A DNA stretch of 29,026 nucleotides from a virus (Duplodnaviria; Heunggongvirae; Uroviricota; Caudoviricetes). The position numbers and the translations under genes were made by a program. Of this stretch, positions 20,841-28,300 are shown one piece after another (positions within the stretch are counted from its first letter, which is position 1; the number at the start of each line of letters is the position of its first letter). Under the pieces are notes generated by a model that did no database searches, was not told where the DNA came from, and worked only from the letters and a program-made list of their open reading frames with translations. Where the stretch lies: positions 1 to 29,026 of IMG/VR virus record IMGVR_UViG_2671180727_000014. One strand, 5' to 3'.

Positions 20841-21198
20841 AACCTTTCTTCATCAACTCTCGTTTGATTTCATCGGTACGCATCGTGACATCGGCAGCGG
20901 TGATCGCCTCGTTAAGTTTCACGATGTCCTCGATTTCCTGCGGTGTCTTCTCCGCAAGATGGAAAATAGCAGCACGAATCACGTCAGAACGAGTGAACTT
21001 CTCGAAGCGAGGGATGAACTTCATCATCTCCAGCAGTTCGAAGTATTCGTCCTCCAGTGACATTGTGCGGCTTTTAATTTTCTCTTTGCCACGAGTCGGG
21101 CGTCCCTGTGGTCTGACTGGTTGGCGCAAAGGAGTTGTGTTCTTAGCCGGTGCATCAGGCTCTTTGCGCTTTGCTAGGTCACCCATTTTCATGGACAT
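20839..21198 (-). CDS. small partition partner protein (ParG/ParB-like, possible ribbon-helix-helix), 119 aa
   Basis: Immediately downstream of parA and overlapping it by 1 nt; basic Pro/Arg-rich N-terminal tail followed by a compact domain (SRTMSLEDEYFELL...RSDVIRAAIFHLAE). Confidence 0.45.
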   Translation of the reverse strand: MSMKMGDLAKRKEPDAPAKNTTPLRQPVRPQGRPTRGKEKIKSRTMSLEDEYFELLEMMKFIPRFEKFTRSDVIRAAIFHLAEKTPQEIEDIVKLNEAITAADVTMRTDEIKRELMKKG

Positions 21199-21866
21199 TA
21201 TTCTTTTTCCTCCAGACTCAACAGATAATCTACAAATTCTTCAAACTCGGCTTCCGCCTTTTTGTCGCGCTCGCTACCGGTCATTTCAAAGATAGAACGA
21301 CCAGACTCTTCCGCATCATCATAGACGTTGCGGTTATATAGATTGACTGGCGCAGACTCGATGCCAAACGTCTCAACAATCTCTTTAGCCGCCAGAATGC
21401 GAGACACTTGTGATGGCAAAGCCGGACACTGGTTCATGACCGCGCGGACCTTCACTTTATCGTTTACATTACGAACATTGTCGATAATAGGATCGATATC
21501 ACGCAGAGATTTCAAATCACGACGCTTAGGACGAAGCGGGATAATGATAACGTCGGCCATCAGCATCGCTTGTCGCTGAATTTCGGAGTCGAAGCCACCA
21601 GCATCTACCACTACAAACTCAGCTCTACCCTGAAGCGATTTTAGGTGCTTAATGATGTCATCCTGAACGTATGCAAAAGGAATCAGCTCAAGGTCTTCGT
21701 TCTGTCGACGGTCTTCACACCAGCTCGTTGTCGTGCGCTGAATATCTATATCGGTAATATAAACCTTCTTCTTCTTTTTGACTTTCAGGCAAACGGCAAT
21801 TTGCTGGGCAACGGTGGATTTGCCAGGCCCGCCCTTTGTGCCGCCAACCACAAAGATCTTGGTCAT
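21198..21866 (-). CDS. parA: ParA/Soj-family partition ATPase, 222 aa
   Basis: Deviant Walker A KGGPGKST (IFVVGGTKGGPGKSTVA) and Walker B VVVDAGG. Confidence 0.85.
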   Translation of the reverse strand: MTKIFVVGGTKGGPGKSTVAQQIAVCLKVKKKKKVYITDIDIQRTTTSWCEDRRQNEDLELIPFAYVQDDIIKHLKSLQGRAEFVVVDAGGFDSEIQRQAMLMADVIIIPLRPKRRDLKSLRDIDPIIDNVRNVNDKVKVRAVMNQCPALPSQVSRILAAKEIVETFGIESAPVNLYNRNVYDDAEESGRSIFEMTGSERDKKAEAEFEEFVDYLLSLEEKE

Positions 21867-22184
21867 TGGAGAGTTCCCTTTGCGTATATAATTATCGTCT
21901 GAAACAACTTGTTTTCTTATATGTGATATAGCCTAAATGCCTACGGCTGCGGTGTAAAGGTTAAATGGTAGGTTGTGATTAACAATTGGCAATCATAGCT
22001 TGTATTTGTCTGTTGAAAAAAGTAACAATGACCTCTATATTACAAGTACGGTGATATGCCGTACACAATTTGATAATGCACACGTAATGGGCTATAGCCT
22101 TTTAAAGTAATTTTTGAGTCGAAAACTCAGTTTGAACAGAGGAGATTGATGGCCTTCCTACATCACGGCCATCAGGAGGAATAC

Positions 22185-22454
22185 ATGTCAGCACTAAAAA
22201 AGCAGCGCATCGATTTGAGATTAACCGATGACGATAAAAGCATCATCGAGGAAGCTGCCGCAATGTCTAACCAGAGCATTACTCAGTTTATGGTTAGCAG
22301 TGCATCTGAACGTGCCGTGAAAGTTATAGAGCAACACCGTAGACTAGTTCTGAATGAAGAATCCTGGAATCTGGTTATGGACGCTATAAGCAATCCTCCG
22401 GCACCGAACGACAAGCTGAAACGAGCTGCTGATCGTCTGAAAAGCATGGAGTAG
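22185..22454 (+). CDS. DUF1778-type ribbon-helix-helix antitoxin (TacA/AtaR-like), about 90 aa
   Basis: RIDLRLTDDDKSIIEEAAA...SITQFMVSSASERA and the NPPAPNDKL motif typical of antitoxins paired with GNAT toxins; AGGAGG ribosome-binding site before the ATG at 22185 (ORF track starts at 22146). Confidence 0.75.
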   Translation: MSALKKQRIDLRLTDDDKSIIEEAAAMSNQSITQFMVSSASERAVKVIEQHRRLVLNEESWNLVMDAISNPPAPNDKLKRAADRLKSME

Positions 22455-22461
22455 TTTACTC

Positions 22462-22983
22462 GTGAGCAATACAACGATAGAGATTTTCTCTGGAGAGAAA
22501 GATTATGATCTAAACGGTTTTGATTGCGGCGAAGAGTCACTAAACGCCTTTTTAGCCAACCACTTAAAAAGGCAGCATGAGGGAAAAATTCTTCGTGCTT
22601 ATGTGCTTTGCACTCAAGAAGAAAGGCCAAAAGTGTTAGGATATTACACTTTGTCAGGTAGTTGTTTTGAAAAGGAGTCCTTACCTTCAAGAAGCAAACA
22701 AAAGAAGGTTCCTTATCGGAATGTTCCAAGTGTTACTTTGGGTAGGCTGGCTTTGGACAAGTCCCTTCAAGGTCAAGGATTTGGCTCAATGCTTGTAACA
22801 CATGCAATGCGCGTTGTGTACAATGCATCTCTTGCTGTAGGCATTCATGGACTTTTCGTTGAGGCGTTAAATGACAAAGCCAAGGCGTTTTATAAAAGTT
22901 TAGGCTTTATCCAGCTGGTTGGTAACAACGAGCGTTCTTTGTTCTATCCTACAAAATCTATCGAAAAATTGTTCGAAGAATAA
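22462..22983 (+). CDS. GNAT-family acetyltransferase toxin (TacT/AtaT-like), 173 aa
   Basis: GNAT fold motifs (RLALDKSLQGQGFGSMLV...), start 8 nt after the antitoxin stop; classical antitoxin-then-toxin order. Confidence 0.75.
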   Translation: MSNTTIEIFSGEKDYDLNGFDCGEESLNAFLANHLKRQHEGKILRAYVLCTQEERPKVLGYYTLSGSCFEKESLPSRSKQKKVPYRNVPSVTLGRLALDKSLQGQGFGSMLVTHAMRVVYNASLAVGIHGLFVEALNDKAKAFYKSLGFIQLVGNNERSLFYPTKSIEKLFEE

Positions 22984-22986
22984 TGT

Positions 22987-23008
22987 GTTCCCCTCATTTG
23001 AGGGGAAC
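22987..23008. terminator. hairpin between convergent genes (10-bp stem GTTCCCCTCA / TGAGGGGAAC, 2-nt loop)
   Basis: Read directly, between the toxin stop (22983) and the o-spanin stop (23016); no strong U-tract. Confidence 0.45.
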
Positions 23009-23015
23009 TTCGACA

Positions 23016-23231
23016 TCACCAACCACAAACCCTCTCTCCCATCGTATTGTGAAAAAGGATTTGGCGTTCGGTTTCTTCAGTCATTACATCATTATTGCTG
23101 ATATAGATAGGCTCAGCCCCATCGCAGAACAACACGCTGGCTGTTTGTGGTTTAATGACGCACCCACTTATCATACAACTCACGATGAACGGCAGAAGCA
23201 TCTTTCTGACGTATTTTACTGCTCGTCTCAT
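23016..23231 (-). CDS. putative o-spanin (outer-membrane lipoprotein), overlapping the 3' end of the i-spanin gene out of frame
   Basis: Signal peptide with lipobox MLLPFIVSCMISGC; start embedded in the upstream gene as in Rz/Rz1-type overlapped spanins. Confidence 0.4.
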   Translation of the reverse strand: MRRAVKYVRKMLLPFIVSCMISGCVIKPQTASVLFCDGAEPIYISNNDVMTEETERQILFHNTMGERVCGW

Positions 23232-23403
23232 TCACCACTTTCACTGTGTTTTGAAGTCGTTTTCTGTCTTCCTGTTTTGCCTTCTCTTCCATTGCTCGTC
23301 GCGCCGCATTCCCGCCCATCGTGTAAGCGCCGACAAGAACGAAAAGAACGGCAGCCAGCGTAATCAAAGCAACTTTTAGCTTTGTCATCAGGCTGCCTAG
23401 CAT
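23152..23403 (-). CDS. putative i-spanin (N-terminal transmembrane helix, charged periplasmic region), 83 aa
   Basis: LKVALITLAAVLFVLVGAY followed by a charged helical segment (RRAMEEKAKQEDRKRLQ). Confidence 0.45.
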   Translation of the reverse strand: MLGSLMTKLKVALITLAAVLFVLVGAYTMGGNAARRAMEEKAKQEDRKRLQNTVKVVNETSSKIRQKDASAVHRELYDKWVRH

Positions 23404-23404
23404 A

Positions 23405-24124
23405 TTAGACCATCCCTTTCTGGTGTTTTCTTACCTGCGACCAGGCAATGAATCCTGCCACAACAATAGTGGCAATACCGAAGATGATGCGTACTGTATC
23501 CCCGCTAGAGATATGACCTTGTGCTTTATCCATAGCAGCGGAAACCTGCGGCATAACATCGGCCAGCTGCGCCAGACCAATACCTGCTGTAACAGTTGCG
23601 CCTGCGGTTTCTTTAGTTACAGGAACAGCCTTCACGGTTTTCACCGGCTTAACAACGCCAGCTCGACGCAGACCTTCCTCAATAACTTCTGCCGCATACC
23701 AGGTGTTCAGCGTTTTTAGCGGGCCTCGGCCATTCTCGTGGCGAATGATTGCCTCAACCAAAGGTCGAAGGATGTCGTAATCATGCAGATCGATGATCAT
23801 GTCTGCGGTTACACCAACGGCTTTAGACACCTCATTAATGTAGGCGTCAGTATTGTTTTCATTCGGCGGTGCCCAGCGTTCAATAACTTCACGAATGGTA
23901 TCGATACTTGTGCCGTCTTTTGCGCGACGTTTATCGTGGTAGGTAATTAGAGTCACCGCCAGCGCACGAATCCCCCAAACAGGGTCTTTAAACGTGCAAA
24001 AGCGCGGTTCGGCAGGGTTGTCGATTAGCCCCTGCCACGGCGAACCTTTGTCGAGGTTGCCAGGGTTGTTATTACGAATGCCTCTCGGAGTTTTCATCCT
24101 TGATCTCCTGTTATTGCAGTCCAT
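23405..24124 (-). CDS. candidate cell-wall hydrolase (endolysin-position protein) with a C-terminal transmembrane anchor, 239 aa
   Basis: Conserved-looking motifs GIRNNNPGNL...WQG and RWAPPNENNTDAYI; C-terminal hydrophobic helix IIFGIATIVVAGFIAW; located between a holin-like gene and the spanins. Enzymatic class not established. Confidence 0.4.
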   Translation of the reverse strand: MDCNNRRSRMKTPRGIRNNNPGNLDKGSPWQGLIDNPAEPRFCTFKDPVWGIRALAVTLITYHDKRRAKDGTSIDTIREVIERWAPPNENNTDAYINEVSKAVGVTADMIIDLHDYDILRPLVEAIIRHENGRGPLKTLNTWYAAEVIEEGLRRAGVVKPVKTVKAVPVTKETAGATVTAGIGLAQLADVMPQVSAAMDKAQGHISSGDTVRIIFGIATIVVAGFIAWSQVRKHQKGMV

Positions 24125-24446
24125 TCTTCACGCCATAAGCGGCCAGACCCAGCAGCAGCGCGGTAATCAGGAACGACGTTATCTTTGAGATAATGCCGCC
24201 AAAGAACCCGCTGGAGATGGCGTCTAGCCGATTAAGTAGTTTGTCCAGGTTGGAGTGCTGAATGCTGTGTTGCGAAGGCGTCATATCGCCAAAGTAGGCT
24301 TTGAGCTGGTCGTTGACCTCCTGGCCAATTTCCTCACGCAACTCCTTACCTAATTTGCCGACAACTTCACGCGCAACGATAGCGGCAATGCGCTCTACCT
24401 GCTCTGGCGTTACGCCTGCCATCTCGTTCGACATTATTTCCTCCAT
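24111..24446 (-). CDS. holin-position membrane protein (single C-terminal transmembrane helix), 111 aa
   Basis: C-terminal helix ITSFLITALLLGLAAYGV; first gene of the lysis cluster; GGAGG ribosome-binding site upstream of the ATG. Confidence 0.35.
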   Translation of the reverse strand: MEEIMSNEMAGVTPEQVERIAAIVAREVVGKLGKELREEIGQEVNDQLKAYFGDMTPSQHSIQHSNLDKLLNRLDAISSGFFGGIISKITSFLITALLLGLAAYGVKNGLQ

Positions 24447-24495
24447 GAATCGTCAAATCGGGATGGCGGTTTTATATCATAAAACGCCCACACTT

Positions 24496-24512
24496 GGTAG
24501 GTAAGTACTTAC
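24496..24512. promoter_or_regulatory. perfect 12-bp palindrome GTAAGTACTTAC (with flanking GGTAG) upstream of the lysis cluster; a candidate -10 TATGAT lies downstream on the minus strand
   Basis: Read directly, about 55 nt upstream of the holin-like ATG. Confidence 0.4.
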
Positions 24513-25348
24513 ACATGAGCGCCGTAAATTGCCCCAACTTTAGTCCAAGTTGGAGCATTACCAGTAACAGCTTTACCAGCTGCTCCGCCGTTATATTCTG
24601 TACCGTTACCTTGAGTATTACATCTTCCTCCAGCAGCACCGACATTACCACCCGAACCGCCTGTATATGCACTAAGAGACCCCTCACCAACAGATCCTTT
24701 ACCAGGAGCGGAAATAGTACCAGCAGTTGCACCGGAACTCATATGAGAGGAAGACCCACCAGCACCGAATGGGCAACCACCGCCACCACCAAATATTAGT
24801 TTACCCCTGTTACCGCCGCCACCGCCGCCACCACCTCCAGCGATTGCACCATTATTCGTAATACGCAAGCGTGTACCGATGCCATTATTAATTGCGTTAC
24901 CACCAGCAGCACCGGCAGCGTTACTACCACCATTGCCACCGCGTCCATAGACAGTCACACCTGCGTTGATTACAAGGCTGATATAAGAGTTGGTAAGTGA
25001 ACTCGGGAAATCTAAACATGGCACGCCGCTACTGGACGACACCAGATCCCCTGTAATGGTAACAACGACTGGCGTCGCCCCCTGGGATTTTAAATAGTTG
25101 ATCAGTGTGTCTTTGTTGTAGTTATGATTCGCACCGATGCTGTAATGAATTTCCTTAGAACGACCTGCTAACTGAGACATATTCCCAGCAGCAGACAATT
25201 GCACCGCCGTTCGAGCTGCACTCATCCATCTCTGGCCTGTCACACTGACAGCCGAAGACCCAATCCAACCGGGAACACCGACAATTGGCACATCTAATCT
25301 CCTTTTTGATGTGAATATCCTGAATTGGTGAGGGTGGCCCCTCACCAT
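24509..25348 (-). CDS. glycine-rich protein immediately downstream of the tail fiber gene (possible adhesin or tail fiber accessory protein), up to 279 aa
   Basis: Runs such as GRGGNGGSNAAGAAGGN and GGGGGGGGGNRGKLIFGGGGG. An alternative GTG start at about 25291 is preceded by AAGGAG; the annotated ATG at 25348 lies inside a hairpin. Confidence 0.5.
   Translation of the reverse strand: MVRGHPHQFRIFTSKRRLDVPIVGVPGWIGSSAVSVTGQRWMSAARTAVQLSAAGNMSQLAGRSKEIHYSIGANHNYNKDTLINYLKSQGATPVVVTITGDLVSSSSGVPCLDFPSSLTNSYISLVINAGVTVYGRGGNGGSNAAGAAGGNAINNGIGTRLRITNNGAIAGGGGGGGGGNRGKLIFGGGGGCPFGAGGSSSHMSSGATAGTISAPGKGSVGEGSLSAYTGGSGGNVGAAGGRCNTQGNGTEYNGGAAGKAVTGNAPTWTKVGAIYGAHV
25327..25346 (-). other. hairpin (8-bp stem GGTGAGGG / CCCTCACC, loop TGGC) between the tail fiber stop and the glycine-rich gene
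   Basis: Read directly; no U-tract, so it could be an attenuator or translational control structure. Confidence 0.4.
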
Positions 25349-25357
25349 TCACCTTGA

Positions 25358-28300
25358 TTACATTTTTGCCTTCAGTTCGCGCACTTCCTCGCGCAGCTCT
25401 TTGACAGCCTCGACCAACATGCCGATAACGCCGTTGTAGTTAAGACGCAGACGAGGCTCTCCTGACTGATCGTTATGGTCAACCGTTACCAGTTCAGGCT
25501 GAACATTCTGGACGTCCTGAGCGATGAGGCCGCCAGACTGCTCATACCGGTCACAGACCTGAATCTCGTACAGAACACCTTCGATCCGATCCAGCTTGTC
25601 GAGCGCTCGTTCAATCTTGCGAATATTGCGTTTGCTACGACGGTCAGAGCGGATATAAACGTCATTAAAGCTGCCATTACCGCCACAAACCCAAGTACCA
25701 TCATTCTGGAGGTATGCGTTCGCATCCGTGCCGTTTGCGGTACGTGAGTTGTTGATCATGTAAAAACCAAACTGACTGTTTCCCAAGCCACCCAAGAAGA
25801 ATTTGCGATCCGCGTGGTCTTGTCTCAACAACGCTTGTGCAGAGCTTGTACTTACAGCGTTCCTCCCGAAGATGACGTTCTGGTTACGCATATCTATCCA
25901 CGCGCCAGAGCCGCTGTTGATGGAAAAACGGTTGGCGTAAACCCACGCACTTGACGTGATGTCACCCGTTACACTCAACGGCTTAAGGCTTTGCAGCGTG
26001 CTATTAACGAACCTAAAAACATGGGCGCTATTGGCGTAAACATCCAGAATGCCATCTCCGTTCTGTTTAAAGCCGGTGTCATTGTCACCCAGAACAATGG
26101 AATTACCGCCAAGAGCACTGGATGTACCGATGCCCAGTGCACCATTCAATTGACCTCCAGATAATGATAACGCCCCAACATCAGCAGCAGTCGGTTTAAT
26201 GTGCGAACTGTAAATTACATATACAGTTCCATCTGTCAGGCCTGTTGGTTTATTCGCTGTATAAGTTGGTGATGTATGAATCGTTACGCTGGCGTTACTG
26301 GTATAATCCCACTGGATATTAACACCTGTGGCGTAATTACCTATTTCTACATAAATGTCATAGGTATCACCGGATGTATTCACCCATGCAAAATTAGTAA
26401 ATCCAACCGAGGTCCGTCGCCATAATGCACCAGTAATACCTTTGGGGTTCCCATTTCCTGCACGCAGAACCAGCTCAGAGATGCCTGCTTGCTGCGGGGA
26501 GCCAACGTTAAACCCTGCGCCACCAATCAGGCTTATGTAAACCACGGAACTGGCTTGTGGCATGGTTACAGTTGCCAGCTTGAACCATCCGGCACCACCA
26601 CTAAAAGACATTGTTGCTGAGTTGATCGTGCCTATAGACCTTGGAGTTAGCTCAATGTTTTTAGAACCGTCAAACGACACCCCATTTATAGTTCTAGCGG
26701 TTTGTAACTTGGTCGCTGTCGCTGCATTACCGGTTGTGTTCTGGTTACCAGCAATGTTTACACCCGGCAGGTTGATATTGGCGGAGCCATCGAATGACAC
26801 GCCGCCTATTGTGCGTGCTGTTTGCAGTTTTGTTGCAGTTGCAGCATTACCGTTCAAACTACCATTGATGCCGCCAGTAACATTGAGTCCATTACCGATC
26901 GTAACAGCACCGCTGGTATTATTAATTATAATAGGTCGCAAACCGTTCCATGAACCTAATGTGTCTCCTGATGCTGTTAGCATGAAATATGTGTTCGATC
27001 CATCATTACGGATAAAGAATCCATAGTTGCCATAGGCAATGCGCATACCATTCGCCGATTTTGAAATAATCTCGCCAGCAGCAGTTAATCCGCCAGTTAA
27101 CGCTCCTCCAGAAAGCGGTAATGCTCCTACATCAGAAGCTGTTGGTTTGTTTCTAGTGTTATAAGAACGACGCCAGCCTGGTGCATAATCACTCCCATTG
27201 TACACATAAATAAATTCCGCATTATTAACACCACCATGACCTGATGTTGTTGTCGTTGTAACACGAATAGTGTAGTGGCTTGTTGCCTTATTACTAAACA
27301 CCTCAATCACGGAACCAGATAGATCGATCCTACCGCAACCAGTGTCGTCTATATAATTATTGTTGGCGTAAGCCCATGAGCACCGTGCAATCCAATATTT
27401 GTTTGAAAATGCACCCTGATTATTTAGCCAAGTTATAAATTGAGCAGTCGTAAATGCCGTTCCGTTACCACTATTTAACCATCCATCGGCAGCGGTTGGC
27501 GCGTTTATATCAGCCGGCTGAGGCATAAATCCAGTCGTGTAAACCTGCTCCCAACCACTTTCAAAACCATAACCGTCTCTTGAGGAACGGTAGAACAGAC
27601 CACCATTTTTATAGTGAGCTTTAATTTGAAGCGTACGGCAACTACCTACACCGGTATAAAAGTTGGCAAGAATATAACTGTCGCCTGTTCTATTTACATT
27701 GTAAGCACCAGATTCAGCATTCCACGGCACGCCACCATCAGCATCCGCATATGACCCTGTTGCCCTTCTTGCGAAAGCGGCAACATGCGCAGCGGTTAAA
27801 GTGATATCAGTAGAACCATCAAATGGAACACCGGATATTTTTCTTACCGTCTGAAGTTTTGTAGCAGTTGCAGCATTACCAGTGGTGTTCTGATTACCCG
27901 TAGTGTTTACACCTGGAAGGTTAATATTTGCAGAACCGTCGAAAACAACTCCACCGATAGATCTTGCCGTCTGCAATTTCGTTGCTGTACTTGCATTACC
28001 ATTTAATGTTCCGGTGATACCACCAGTAACAGACAACGGACCTGAAACTGTTCCTCCGGTTGTTGGCAGTGCTCCAATATCTAACGGCGTCGGTTTCTGA
28101 TGTGTGCTATACATCGTATAAACAACACCATCGGTAACGCTGGAAGGCTTACTCGCTGAATATGTTGGCGATGTATAAATAGAAACTGACGCATTTGCAG
28201 TACAATCCCAATGGATATTTACACTCGTCGCATAATTGCCAATTTCAACGTAAATATCATATGTATCGCCGGATGTGTTGATCCAGGCGAAATTCGCTAA

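Noticed and set aside
24472-25352. Alternative-frame ORFs (24472-24732 minus, 24494-24799 plus, 25155-25352 minus) overlapping the glycine-rich gene
   Set aside because: They are GC-rich frame artefacts of the Gly-codon-rich region; the longest frame (24509-25348) is contiguous with the operon.
26562-28100. Plus-strand ORFs 26562-27026 and 27903-28100 with shared peptides (MFTPGRLI...)
   Set aside because: They are antisense images of the duplicated fiber-repeat DNA; their similarity reflects the tail fiber duplication, not separate genes.
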